A program made the translations under genes and the position numbers. A model generated the notes under the pieces. The model saw only the letters and a list, made by a program, of their open reading frames with translations, did no database searches and was not told the DNA's origin. Below are positions 26,196 to 37,212 of a DNA stretch of 64,000 nt, piece by piece (within the stretch, counting starts at the first letter, position 1; every line of letters begins with the position of its first letter). The stretch is from Acidobacteriota bacterium (GTDB lineage Bacteria; Acidobacteriota; Thermoanaerobaculia; UBA5066): NCBI GenBank assembly GCA_016716715.1, contig JADJVE010000007.1, positions 125,640 to 189,639 of the forward strand. Direction: 5' to 3'.

Positions 26196-28597
26196 CGCGC
26201 CGGGTCGGCCTCCTCCTTCCGAACCGTTTTCCGGGCCTCCCGTCTTACCGGCTGCCCGACGACGCGGGCGAGCCCGTCCTCGGCGCGCGTGTCGCCGCAC
26301 CCTTCGGGAGCGCGCTCGTCACGGGGCTCGTGGCCGACCTCGACCCGCCTCCGCCTCCCGAGGGGACGACGGAGCGGGACGTCGTCGCGCTCCTCGAGGA
26401 CGATCCGTTCCTGCCTCCGGCGCTCGTCCAGGTGCTCGTCCGCGCCGCCGCGTACTACGTCGTCGCGCCGGGGGAGATGCTGCGCGCGGCCGTTCCCGGC
26501 CGACTGCTCGGCGGAAGCGAAGCCGTCTACGTTGCCGGGAGCGCGGCGGTGGGCGCGTCCGTCGCGGGGATCCCCGGCGACGTGCTTTCCCTGCTTCTCG
26601 AGCGCGGCGAGGCAAGGCTGCCCGAACTCGTCGAGGCGCTCGGGCGAAGGGGCCTTGCTTCCGCGCTCAAGGAGCTGGTTGGAAAGGGATACGCGCGCAT
26701 CCGTTCGGAGCACCTGCGGGCGGCCGCGGCCCCTTCCGACCGCGCGTGGATGGCGCGGCCGGCGCCGGACGATCACCCGGCGTTCGCCCGCGCGCCGAAG
26801 CGGAGGGCGCTCCACGCCCACCTTCTCGCGCTCGGCAGACCCGTTTCGCCCGAGGAGCTGCGCACGGCGGGAAGCACTCCCGCCGTGCTCGCCGCGCTCG
26901 CGAAGGCCGGCGTCGTCGTCGCCGTGGAGACGGAGCGTCGCGTGGACCTCGCGCGGCACGTCGGGGCCGCCGGCGCCGATCGCCGCCCGGTGCCGACGCC
27001 CGCGCAGCACGACGCGATCGCGGCGGTGGCCGTGTCCGTGTCGGCGCGCGGCGCGCGGGAGTTCCTCCTCGACGGCGTCACGGGCAGCGGCAAGACCGAG
27101 GTTTACCTCAACGCCCTCGAGCAGGCGGTCGCCGCCGGCCGGCGCGGAATCCTGCTGGTCCCGGAAATCGCGCTCGCACCCGCGCTCGTGCGCCGGCTCG
27201 TCGCGCGTTTCGGGGATCGGGTCTCGCTGCTGCACAGCGGCCTGTCGGACGGCGAGCGCGCGTCCGAGTGGGAGCGCGCGCGCCGGGGCGACGTCGACGC
27301 CGTCGTCGGTCCGCGCTCGGCGGTCTTCGCGCCGCTGCCGGACCTCGGCCTGATCGTGATCGACGAAGCGCACGACGCGTCGTACAAGCAGGCCGAGTCC
27401 CCGCGCTACGACGCGCGCGACGTCGCCCGCGTGCGGGCGAAGGAGGAGGGCGCGACGGTGGTCTTCGGGTCCGCGACGCCGTCGATGGAGCTCGAGCGCG
27501 CCGCGCGCGAGGCCCGTCTCCCGCGGCTCGTCCTCCCGGAGCGTCCGGGCGCCCGGCCGCGCGCGGCCGTCGAGGTCGTGGATCTGCGCGGCGAAACCGC
27601 GCAGGAAGGCGACCACGGGCGCGTGCTCTTCGCGGCGCGCACGGTGGAGATCCTCCGCGCGTGTTTCGACCGCGGCGAGCAGGCGATCGCGCTCCTGAAC
27701 CGGCGGGGCTTCTCGCCGTCTCTCCTGTGCCGGGCGTGCGGCGAGGACTTCCGCTGCCGAAACTGCTCGGTCGCGCGCACGTACCACCGCCGCAACGAGC
27801 GCCTCCTTTGCCACTACTGCGGCGACGACATCCGCCGGCCCCCGAAGTGCCCGGCTTGCGGGTCGGACGCGCTGCAGCCCGTCGGCTTCGGGACCGAGCG
27901 CCTCGCCGAGCGCTTCGCCGAGACGTTCCCCGGAATCTCGTATGCCGTTCTGGATCGCGACGCCGCCGCGCGGCGGGGCGGCGCCGCGGGCGTCCTCATG
28001 GACTTCGAGTCCGGGAAGTCGCAGGCGCTCCTCGGGACGCAGATGGTCGCCAAGGGTCACGACTTCCCGAACGCGACGGCGCTGGCGGTGCTGGACGCGG
28101 ACGCGCTGCTCTCTTTCCCGGATTTCCGGGCTGCCGAGAAGACGTTCCAGCTCGTGACGCAGGCGGCCGGGCGCGTGGGGCGCGGCGAGAAGCCGGGAAT
28201 CGTCGCGGTCCAGACTTCGCGTCCGGATCACGAGGCGATCCGCGCTGCGGTGAAGCAGGACCACGTCGCGTTCGCGGACGCCGAGCTGCGCTTCCGCAAG
28301 GCGTTCCGCTATCCGCCGTACACGCGGCTGCTGCTCGCGCTCTTCGCGGACACGGACCTCGCGAAGGCGCACCGCGCGGCGGGGGAGGCGTTCACGGCGC
28401 TGTCGTCCTCGCCGGTCGCGGCGCGGGTGAAGCTCCTCGGCCCCGCGCCCGCGCCGCTCGAGCGTCTGAAAGGTCTCTGGCGCTACCAGCTCATCGTCAA
28501 GGCCGAGAAGCGCGAGGCGATCGCGGAAGCCGCGCGCATCCTCGCGTCGCTGCCGGACCCGCCGAAGCTGGACGTCGACCCGCAGAACCTGCTCTAG
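26192..28597 (+). CDS. priA: Primosomal protein N' (replication restart helicase PriA), start uncertain
   Basis: GARVAAPFGSALVTGLV, Walker A GVTGSGKTEVY, DEAHD, Cys-rich zinc insertion CRACGEDFRCRNC...CHYCG...CPACGS. The only start near the conserved N-terminus is CTG 26192, which forms a CTGA overlap with the upstream stop. Confidence 0.85.
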   Translation: MTRRVGLLLPNRFPGLPSYRLPDDAGEPVLGARVAAPFGSALVTGLVADLDPPPPPEGTTERDVVALLEDDPFLPPALVQVLVRAAAYYVVAPGEMLRAAVPGRLLGGSEAVYVAGSAAVGASVAGIPGDVLSLLLERGEARLPELVEALGRRGLASALKELVGKGYARIRSEHLRAAAAPSDRAWMARPAPDDHPAFARAPKRRALHAHLLALGRPVSPEELRTAGSTPAVLAALAKAGVVVAVETERRVDLARHVGAAGADRRPVPTPAQHDAIAAVAVSVSARGAREFLLDGVTGSGKTEVYLNALEQAVAAGRRGILLVPEIALAPALVRRLVARFGDRVSLLHSGLSDGERASEWERARRGDVDAVVGPRSAVFAPLPDLGLIVIDEAHDASYKQAESPRYDARDVARVRAKEEGATVVFGSATPSMELERAAREARLPRLVLPERPGARPRAAVEVVDLRGETAQEGDHGRVLFAARTVEILRACFDRGEQAIALLNRRGFSPSLLCRACGEDFRCRNCSVARTYHRRNERLLCHYCGDDIRRPPKCPACGSDALQPVGFGTERLAERFAETFPGISYAVLDRDAAARRGGAAGVLMDFESGKSQALLGTQMVAKGHDFPNATALAVLDADALLSFPDFRAAEKTFQLVTQAAGRVGRGEKPGIVAVQTSRPDHEAIRAAVKQDHVAFADAELRFRKAFRYPPYTRLLLALFADTDLAKAHRAAGEAFTALSSSPVAARVKLLGPAPAPLERLKGLWRYQLIVKAEKREAIAEAARILASLPDPPKLDVDPQNLL

Positions 28598-29535
28598 GAG
28601 CGCCGGACCTCGAGGACGAGATACGGGTTCAGAGGCGTCCCGGCGAGCCACGTGAAGCCCGGCACCGCTGTGAGCGCGTAGAAACCCGCCATCGGCGCGC
28701 GAAACGCCCTGCCGTACCAGTGCGCGCCGACCTGGTTGAAGCGCAGCCGCCGGTGGGGAGAGCGGACGGAAACGCGGTACTCGGGGCCGACGGACCTCGC
28801 AAGCGCGGCGATCTCGTTCACTTTCGGAAGAAATCCTTCGAAGGGTGAATGAATTCTGGCGCCACCCGCGCTGGTGCCGTGCCAGAAGTCGATCGGGAAG
28901 GCGCCGTTCGGGAAGTCGAGATAGAGGGCGCCGCCGGGCGCCACGACCCGGACAAGACCCGCGAGGAAGTCCCGGCGCCTCTCGTCGCGGTCGGGGAGGG
29001 GAGAAACCTCGTAAGACCCGGGGCCGCCTCGCTCGGCGACGCCGACGTGCTCGAGGACGCCCGAGGAGATCACGGCGTCGAAGTAGCCGTCTGAAAACGG
29101 CAAGCGCAGACCGTCTGCGACGACGAGCCGCTCGCGGTGCGCGCGCGAACGCCACTGCCATTTGCGAAACGCGGAGAGGTCGTGCCCCCACGCCTCGAGC
29201 CCCGCCTCCGACAGAGTGTCGATCGCCTCGCCGTTTCCGCAGCCGGAGTCGAGGACGCGCCGCGCGCCCGTCGCGAGGAGGAGCGGCAGATAGTAGTCCT
29301 CGATCCGCCGCCCTGCATTCTCGTTCTCGTATCCGCGGAGCGCCTCCGCGGATAGCGACGACGGGTCTGCGTGATCGTCGAAATACCGCCCTTCGGCGAA
29401 GTCCGCGATGCCGTCATCCACGGGGAATGAGCGGTCGCAGCTCAAACACGCGAGCGCGGAAGACGACGCCGAAAGCGCGCCGTGGCAAGCCGGGCAGGCG
29501 AGGCTCGATGAGCGCAATGCTGCTTTCTCCTCCAT
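28594..29535 (-). CDS. Class I SAM-dependent methyltransferase with N-terminal Trm112-like zinc ribbon
   Basis: CPACHGAL...CLSCDRSFPVDDGIADF followed by VLDSGCGNGE (motif I). It is the only minus-strand gene in the first 54 kb. Confidence 0.75.
   Translation of the reverse strand: MEEKAALRSSSLACPACHGALSASSSALACLSCDRSFPVDDGIADFAEGRYFDDHADPSSLSAEALRGYENENAGRRIEDYYLPLLLATGARRVLDSGCGNGEAIDTLSEAGLEAWGHDLSAFRKWQWRSRAHRERLVVADGLRLPFSDGYFDAVISSGVLEHVGVAERGGPGSYEVSPLPDRDERRRDFLAGLVRVVAPGGALYLDFPNGAFPIDFWHGTSAGGARIHSPFEGFLPKVNEIAALARSVGPEYRVSVRSPHRRLRFNQVGAHWYGRAFRAPMAGFYALTAVPGFTWLAGTPLNPYLVLEVRRS
28815..28859. repeat. Compact palindromic copy inside the minus-strand methyltransferase gene
   Basis: CGTTCACTTTCGGAAGAAATCCTTCGAAGGGTGAATGAATTCTGG. 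The TTCAC...GTGAA ends face outward, which is the opposite polarity to the other doublets. Confidence 0.6.
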
Positions 29536-29719
29536 TCGCAGATATCTCTCTTCGGATCTTGCTCTGCGAAAAGGCGGCCTGTCGAGCCGACGAGAGGTGC
29601 TTCATTCTGGGCAGCGAGACGACTTTGTCCTTGCGCTGACGGCCCGGGTAACCCACGTTCTACTCAAGACCGGGGCGTTCCGGACGGTCGGGCTGCGGAC
29701 GCGTAAACCCTTCGATGCA

Positions 29720-29746
29720 GCCGCCTCCGACGACCCGGGAGGCGGC
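29720..29746 (+). promoter_or_regulatory. Perfect 9-bp hairpin covering the Shine-Dalgarno of the kinase gene
   Basis: GCCGCCTCC (29720-29728) pairs with GGAGGCGGC (29738-29746). The 3' arm contains GGAGG, 8 nt before ATG 29750. Confidence 0.3.
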
Positions 29747-29749
29747 AAA

Positions 29750-32380
29750 ATGGGCCTCTCCGCGGGCACCCAACTGGGCCCGTACGAGGTTCTTGGCCCG
29801 CTCGGGGCGGGCGGAATGGGCGAGGTCTATCGCGCCCGCGACACGCGCCTTGGGCGCCAGGTCGCCGTAAAGATCCTCCCGGACGCGGTCTCGCAGGATT
29901 CCCGCCGGGTCGCCCTGTTCGAGACCGAGGCCCGGACTCTCGCGGCGCTGTCCCACCCGAACGTCCTCGCGATCCACGACGTGGGCCGCGTCGAAGGGCG
30001 TCTCTACGCCGTCACGGAGTTGCTCGACGGGGAGAACCTGCGCAGCCGGATGGGCGACGGGACTGTGTCGTGGCGCAAGGCAGCCGAGGTTGCCGCCGCG
30101 ATCGCCGACGGCCTCGCGTCCGCGCACGCGGCGGGCATCGTCCATCGGGACCTCAAGCCCGAAAACGTTTTTCTCACGACCGACGGGCGCCTGAAGATCC
30201 TCGACTTCGGCCTCGCAACCTACGCCGAGCCCGTGCTGGACGACGCCGTCACCCTCACGTCGCCCTCCGGCGGCACCCTGTCGGGCGCGGTCGTCGGAAC
30301 GCTCTCCTACATGGCCCCCGAGCAGCTCCGCGGCCGCCGGGTGGACGGTCGGACGGACATCTTCGCGCTGGGCTGCGTGCTCTACGAGATGCTCGCGGGG
30401 AAGCGCCCGTTCAGCGGGGCCACGCCCGCGGACACGCTCGCGGCAATCCTCCACCACGATCCCGAGCCCTTCGCTCCGGGCGCGCCCGGCATTCCTCCGG
30501 GGCTTCAGACGATCGTCCTTCGGTGCCTCGAGAAGAGGCCGGAGGACCGGTTCGACACGGCACACGACCTCGCAATAGCGCTCCGGGGCATCTCCGCCGA
30601 GCAACCGGTCGTGAGATCGGGGGAGAGCCCGGCCCCCGCCCGTCCGGCGCGCGGGAGTCGGCTCGTGACGCTTGGAATCGCGTCCACGATCGTCGTTGGC
30701 GGCTTAATCCTGATCGCAAGACTCACGCGGACGTCGTCGGCCGCCTTCCCAAACGCCGGGAGTTGGAGTCCCCCCAAGCAGATCACGAGCGCGCCCGGGT
30801 GGGAGGGCGAACCCGCAATCTCGCCGGATGGGACGCTCGTCGCATATAGCTCCAACGCTTCGGGAAAGGCGGACATCTGGGTGGTCGATCCCGAGGGAGG
30901 AGAACCCCTGCGCCTTACCGACAGCGCTGCCGAGGACCGGAGTCCCGCTTGGTTCCCGGACGGGCGAACGATCGCCTTCGTTTCGAGACAAGGCGGTGCG
31001 CCTTCCGTCCGGACGGTGTCCCGCCTCGGCGGGAGCACGTGCCTGATCGTCGACGAAGCTGAGGAGCCCGCGATTTCGCCGGACGGCGCGCAAGTTGCGT
31101 TTGCACGGATCACGGAGGGAGGGCTCCATCGCATCTGGGTCGCGCCGATCGCCGATCCGGCCCGGGTGAGGCGACTGACCGGCGACGACGACGGCCCTTG
31201 GGAGCACATGGGCCCCGCCTGGTCACCAGACGGGACACGCCTTTATTACGCGGCCTTCCATGACCTCTGGACAGTGCCCGTCGCGGGTGGCAAGGCCGAG
31301 AGGCTGACGCGCGACGGCGTACCGGACTGCGAGCCAGTGGCCTCTCGGGACGGCGGCTTTGTGTACTTCAGCTCCCGCCGCGGCGGACCTCCGTCGATCT
31401 GGCGGGTCTCCGCCACGGGCGGCGCGCCCGAAAGGGTCACGTCCGGAACGGGCGGTGCCAGCCACCCTTCTCTGTCGCGCGATGGCCGCCGTCTCGTCTT
31501 CGGGAGTTCCGTGCGCGACATGGACGTCGTCCTAATCGACCGCCGCTCCGGAGCCGTGAGCCGCATCGGAACCACCAAAGACGACGAGAGTCCGGCGCTC
31601 GCCCCGGACGGAAACACCGTGGCCTTCGTGTCGAATCGGCTCGGCCCGTGGGACCTCTGGATCGCGGACGTGCAGGGAGGCCGAATTGGGAAAGGGCCCG
31701 CCCGACGGCTGACGGCCTTCGATCGAGGCATGGCGACGCCTGCGTTTTCCCCGGACGGCAAATGGATTGCGTTCTTCAGGCCGATGCCGGGACATCGCGA
31801 GATCTGGGCGCTGCCCCTGAACGGCGGCGCGACGATCCCGCTCATCCGGAGCGACGCGGACAACCTCCATCCGGCATATGCGCCCGACATGTCGCGGCTC
31901 GCGTTCGTTTCGGACCGCGCCGGCCAGTTGAACATCTGGGCAGTCGCGCTCAGCGGGGGTCGGCCGACCGGCGAGCCTTGGCGGGTCACGCGAGGGGGAG
32001 GCACGGACGCCTTCCCCGTCTGGTCGCCCGACGGCAGCAGGATCGCATTCCTCCGCGGAATGGACATCTGGGTCGTCGCAACGCACCCCGGAACCGAGGA
32101 AATCGCCCTGACGCGTGGAGCGGGAGTTCAAGCAGTCGCCTTCGAACCCGACGGCACCGCTGTGATCGCGCCCGGCCTGTTCGGCACTCCGGCCCTCCAC
32201 CTTCGACGGGTGTCTCTTGCGACGGGTGTGTCTGAGGCCGTCTCCCCGCCGCTGTCGCTGGGCGATCGGAATGCACTCGGATCCGTGAGCCTGAGCCGTG
32301 ATGGCCGCTTCGTCGCCACGGACGCCACTGAGTTGAAAGGAAACATCTGGATGACGACGGCGACCCGCGACGGCCGGTAA
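29750..32380 (+). CDS. Ser/Thr protein kinase fused via a TM segment to a TolB/PD40-type beta-propeller
   Basis: [45 protein letters not shown]. The TM segment is LVTLGIASTIVVGGLILIA. It is followed by repeated PD40-like units (ISPDG..VAF.S.R.G...IW). Confidence 0.85.
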   Translation: MGLSAGTQLGPYEVLGPLGAGGMGEVYRARDTRLGRQVAVKILPDAVSQDSRRVALFETEARTLAALSHPNVLAIHDVGRVEGRLYAVTELLDGENLRSRMGDGTVSWRKAAEVAAAIADGLASAHAAGIVHRDLKPENVFLTTDGRLKILDFGLATYAEPVLDDAVTLTSPSGGTLSGAVVGTLSYMAPEQLRGRRVDGRTDIFALGCVLYEMLAGKRPFSGATPADTLAAILHHDPEPFAPGAPGIPPGLQTIVLRCLEKRPEDRFDTAHDLAIALRGISAEQPVVRSGESPAPARPARGSRLVTLGIASTIVVGGLILIARLTRTSSAAFPNAGSWSPPKQITSAPGWEGEPAISPDGTLVAYSSNASGKADIWVVDPEGGEPLRLTDSAAEDRSPAWFPDGRTIAFVSRQGGAPSVRTVSRLGGSTCLIVDEAEEPAISPDGAQVAFARITEGGLHRIWVAPIADPARVRRLTGDDDGPWEHMGPAWSPDGTRLYYAAFHDLWTVPVAGGKAERLTRDGVPDCEPVASRDGGFVYFSSRRGGPPSIWRVSATGGAPERVTSGTGGASHPSLSRDGRRLVFGSSVRDMDVVLIDRRSGAVSRIGTTKDDESPALAPDGNTVAFVSNRLGPWDLWIADVQGGRIGKGPARRLTAFDRGMATPAFSPDGKWIAFFRPMPGHREIWALPLNGGATIPLIRSDADNLHPAYAPDMSRLAFVSDRAGQLNIWAVALSGGRPTGEPWRVTRGGGTDAFPVWSPDGSRIAFLRGMDIWVVATHPGTEEIALTRGAGVQAVAFEPDGTAVIAPGLFGTPALHLRRVSLATGVSEAVSPPLSLGDRNALGSVSLSRDGRFVATDATELKGNIWMTTATRDGR

Positions 32381-32421
32381 CGGAGCCGCCATCTGAAGCA
32401 CCGGCACAAGGAGACAAACCC

Positions 32422-32727
32422 ATGTCCGAGATGCACGTCAGCCCGGTCACTCTCATACACCTGCTGGAAGTTCTCTCGAAGCGCGTCCGGAAGGCCAAGG
32501 TCTGGGTGGGCAAGCACAAGACTTCGTTCGCAATCGAAGTGCCGGACCACCTCGCCCCCACCATCGGTCCCAAGGACGGTCGCTGCCTTGCGCCGTTCGC
32601 GCCCGTCGACGACGCCGACGATCAGGCCATCGTAGAGGTGCTGTGGCTGGTTCTGGACGCAATGGAGCCCTCGAAGCCGGTCCGCCGCCGGGCGGCAAAG
32701 CGGCCGACGGTGAGAAAACGCCGGTAA
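32422..32727 (+). CDS. Small hypothetical protein with single Cys and highly basic C-terminal tail
   Basis: AAGGAG lies 7 nt upstream of the ATG. The protein is 101 aa with the only Cys in DGRCLAPFAP and a KPVRRRAAKRPTVRKRR tail. There are 5 nt between its stop and the radical SAM gene. Confidence 0.55.
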   Translation: MSEMHVSPVTLIHLLEVLSKRVRKAKVWVGKHKTSFAIEVPDHLAPTIGPKDGRCLAPFAPVDDADDQAIVEVLWLVLDAMEPSKPVRRRAAKRPTVRKRR

Positions 32728-32732
32728 CTCCA

Positions 32733-33962
32733 ATGCGCAGCCGGCTCCTCACGGGCGTGGCGGCGCTCGACCCCGGGGTGAGGGTCGTCGAGACGATGCT
32801 CACGACGCAGTGCAACATGCGTTGCCGATACTGCGACCAGCGACGCAGCGCTTCACGGGCGATGCCGTCGACCGTTCTCGACGCCGCCGTGCGCCGGCTG
32901 GTGTCCTCGAAGCTCGTGCGCCCGCAGCTGACGTTGTACGGGGGCGAACCCCTGCTTGCGGCGCCTCTCGTCCGGCGGGCCCTCGATCGCGTCCGCGAAT
33001 GGGCGCCGCCGTGGATGACTCCCGACGTCAGGATCGTGACCAACGGAACGCGGCTCGACGAGGAGATGTCGGGGCTCCTCGTGAGGAGAGAAGTCTTCAT
33101 CACGATCTCCTGCGACGGCGTCCCGGCCGCTCAGAATGCCCGAAGCCCCGGGAGCTTCGAGGACCTCGACGAGCTCTTCGTCCGAATGCGCCGGGAACAT
33201 CCGGCCCACTTCCGCAACCGGGTCGCGGTCAAAGTGACCCTCACGCCTTCCAACGTGAGTCATCTGGCCGAGTCATTCCGGTACTTTCTCTCGCGCGGCA
33301 TCCGGACCGTTGAGATTGCGCCGGCGGCCGCGCGGGCATCGGGCTGGAGTCGCCGGCAGGCCAGGGAGCTCGACCGCCAGCTGGCCGCCGTAGTCCGGTT
33401 GTCACGCGAGGAGTACCGACGTTCGGGCCGGATCCCGTTTCGCGCGCTGAGGCCCTACGAGGCATCCGCGCCGGCACCGGGAGGCCCGGCCTGCGGTTGC
33501 GGCAGCCACGGGTTGCTCTTCGTCGACGTCGACGGCCGCATCGCACCGTGCGCAGCCTTCATCCCGTCGGCGCTTCCGGAACGTGCCCCCATTCATCGCA
33601 GGATCGTGGCCGCTCTCGACGGCCTTCACGTCTCCGCCCCGGACCTCGCGTCCGGACTTCTGCGCCGCGAGGGCCGAGCACGAAGACTCCGTTCACTGCG
33701 GAGGCCCGCGGACCGGAACCGGACTTCCCGGCGCTGTTCGCGTTGCCCGGCCCGCGCCTCCTGTCTCGTCTGCCCGGGCGCCACCGCTCTGGCCGGCGGC
33801 CGTGTCCCCGAGTTTCAATGCGACGTCAACCGGCTCGTCGTTTTCCACAGGACGCAGTTTCATCGGCGTCTCCGCAAGGAAGCCGAAGCGGAAGGCCGCT
33901 TTCGGAAGGGAGTCCTGCACGCGCGGTTCCTGCGCGATCACGCGCTCGCGCTTCTCCCGTAG
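32733..33962 (+). CDS. Radical SAM enzyme with C-terminal SPASM-like auxiliary cluster domain
   Basis: CNMRCRYC (CxxxCxxC) at residues 27-34 (position 57-64 of the longer 32643 track ORF), GGEPLL, CGCGSHGLLFVDVDGRIAPC, and CSRCPARASCLVCPG Cys cluster. No N-terminal extension that could be an RRE. Confidence 0.8.
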   Translation: MRSRLLTGVAALDPGVRVVETMLTTQCNMRCRYCDQRRSASRAMPSTVLDAAVRRLVSSKLVRPQLTLYGGEPLLAAPLVRRALDRVREWAPPWMTPDVRIVTNGTRLDEEMSGLLVRREVFITISCDGVPAAQNARSPGSFEDLDELFVRMRREHPAHFRNRVAVKVTLTPSNVSHLAESFRYFLSRGIRTVEIAPAAARASGWSRRQARELDRQLAAVVRLSREEYRRSGRIPFRALRPYEASAPAPGGPACGCGSHGLLFVDVDGRIAPCAAFIPSALPERAPIHRRIVAALDGLHVSAPDLASGLLRREGRARRLRSLRRPADRNRTSRRCSRCPARASCLVCPGATALAGGRVPEFQCDVNRLVVFHRTQFHRRLRKEAEAEGRFRKGVLHARFLRDHALALLP

Positions 33963-33986
33963 CCGACGAAGCAAGGAGGGACGGTC

Positions 33987-34445
33987 ATGAGCCTCGGGTA
34001 TGCCATCGCGATCAAGGTCAGGCGTCGTAACGATCCGGCAATGCCTAAATTCCTGGATCTGTTCGCCGCGCTCGTGCCGGGGGACATCCTCGCGGCGCAT
34101 GGAGTGATCCTCGCCTTCACGACGACGTCCGTAGAGAATGGATCCACAATCCGAGGCGCCGATTCGACACTCGCCCTCCAAGTCGCCTTCTTCGGGTTGA
34201 TGGTAGTTAGCGTCTTCCTCTATGTTGCCGTGCACCACAAGGACTGGCAGCGCGAGGATTACGGTCGAATGCTGATCCCGCCGGCGGCTTTCGTCGGATG
34301 GACGATGCTTCAGAGACCAACGGCGTTCGATGCGGTCTTCCCGGGGCACTGGCCCATCAGGGTCGTTCTGGCGCTGCTTCTCGCGCTGGTTCTCGGCGCG
34401 ACTGCCTACTGGTTGAGCTACAAGCCCGCGCGCAAGGGCCACTAG
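33987..34445 (+). CDS. Four-TM membrane protein (hypothetical)
   Basis: AAGGAGGG RBS 7 nt upstream of the ATG. There are four hydrophobic segments and no recognisable family. Confidence 0.55.
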   Translation: MSLGYAIAIKVRRRNDPAMPKFLDLFAALVPGDILAAHGVILAFTTTSVENGSTIRGADSTLALQVAFFGLMVVSVFLYVAVHHKDWQREDYGRMLIPPAAFVGWTMLQRPTAFDAVFPGHWPIRVVLALLLALVLGATAYWLSYKPARKGH

Positions 34446-34504
34446 GCCCGTGAGGTCTGGTCGGGAAACGGAGGGCTCGGATCCCCCTCTGCTACAGTCT
34501 CCCC

Positions 34505-35451
<947 letters not shown>

Positions 35452-35455
<4 letters not shown>

Positions 35456-37212
35456 GCGCGCGGGTCCGTGCCCCGCGCCTCGTCCGCCGCCGCCTGCGGA
35501 CGCAGAACCCAGAAGCGGCCGCTCGGCTCTCGCGCGAGCTGGGCGTTCCGCCCGCGGCCTCGCGCATCCTCGCGGCTCGCGGCTTCGACGACGTGGAGGC
35601 CGCCCGCGCGCACCTCTCGCCCGAGCCCGACGGGCTCCACGATCCGTTCGGGATGGGCGGCCTGCCCGAGGCCGTCGAGCGTCTCGCGGCCACGGCGGCG
35701 CGCGGCGGGCGCGTGGTCGTCTTCGGCGACTACGACTGCGACGGCATCGGCGCTCTCGCGATTCTCACGACGGCGCTCCGCAAGCTCGGCGCCGACGCGC
35801 GCCCGTTCATCCCGCACCGCCTCCACGACGGCTACGGCCTGAGGGCGCCGGCGCTGCGGCGCGCGCTCGACGAGCACGACCCCGAGGGCATCGTCACCGT
35901 CGACTGCGGAATCACGGCCGTCGAGACGGTCGCCGAGGCCACGGGCCGCGGCGTCTACGTCGTCGTGACGGACCACCACCTCCCGCCGGCCGCGCTGCCG
36001 GAAGGCGCGGTCCTCGTGGACCCGAAGCTGCCCGGCTGCAAGTACCCGTTCAAGGAGCTCTGCGGCGCCGGCATCGCGTGGAAGCTCTCGGAAGCCCTGT
36101 TCATCCATTCGGGCGCGCGCGTCGGAATCGACGCCGCCGCCCGGCGCCGCTGGCTCGCCTCGCTCGCGAAGATCGCGGCGCTCTCGACCGTGGCGGACAT
36201 GGTGCCGCTCACCGGCGAGAACCGCGTCCTCGTGTCGTGGGGCCTCGCGGGCCTCGCCGACCCGCGCTCCCCGGGCCTCGCCGCGCTCCTCAAGCGGTCG
36301 GGGGTCCCGGCGGGGCGCGCCCCCTCGACGCGCGAGGTCGCGTTCCGGATCGCGCCGCGCCTGAACGCCACCGGACGGATCGACCACGCGGCGCGGGCCT
36401 TCGAGCTGCTCACGACCGCGGACGCGGCGCGCGCCGAGACGCTGGCCGACGAGATCGAGGCTGCGAACGACGAGCGGCGCGCCGTGCAGGAAAAACTCGT
36501 CGAGACGGTGCTCGCGCGTCTCGAGACGAGCTACGACCCGGCCCGCGACGCCGTGGTCGTGGAAGCGGGTGCGGCCTCCGAGGGCTGGCACCGAGGCGTC
36601 CTCGGGATCGCGGCGTCCCGCGTGGCGCAGCAGATCGGCCGCCCCGTGCTCCTCCTCTCGAGCGACGGAGACACCGTAGGCGGCAGCGGCCGCTCCTTCG
36701 GCCGGACGCCGCTCTACGAGCGGGTCGCGCCCGTCGCCGCGCGCTACACGAAGGAGTTCGGCGGACACACGGCAGCCCTCGGCCTGACGCTGCCCGCGGC
36801 GTCCTGGGAGGCGTTCCGCGAGGACCTCCGGACCGCGTTCGCGGCGGCGCGCGACGACGCGGAGTGGGCCTCCGAGCTGGAGGTCGACACCGAAGTCGAG
36901 GCGCCCGAGGCGGACGAAGCCCTCGCGCGAGCGCTCGAGCGCTTCGAGCCGCACGGCCAGGAAAACCCCAAGCCGCTGCTTCTCCTCCGCGGCCTCACGT
37001 GGGACGGGCGCGGCAAACCCGTAGGCGATGCCGGACTGCGCGTCTCGTTCGCGTCGTCCGGCCGCCGCCTCGACGCCGTGGGCTGGAATCTCGCCGAGAT
37101 CCCGGCGCCCTCGCGAGCGGGCCGGTGGGACGTCGCGGCGAACCTCGCGGTCGACTCGTTCACGGGCCGGCCCGGCCTGACCGTCGTCGACCTTTCCCCG
37201 GAGGCCGCGTGA
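35452..37212 (+). CDS. recJ: Single-stranded-DNA-specific exonuclease RecJ
   Basis: VVVFGDYDCDGIGA, VTVDCGI, VVVTDHH, ALSTVADMVPL, GGHTAA. GTGA overlap with accA. Confidence 0.85.

Noticed and set aside
25829-29191. 1120-aa minus-strand ORF antisense to priA
   Set aside because: Arg-rich nonsense translation, whereas priA on the + strand has Walker motifs and a zinc-finger insertion. The same applies to 42474-46337, 20757-22898 and 51786-53882 on the minus strand, and to the many alternate-frame + ORFs in the track.
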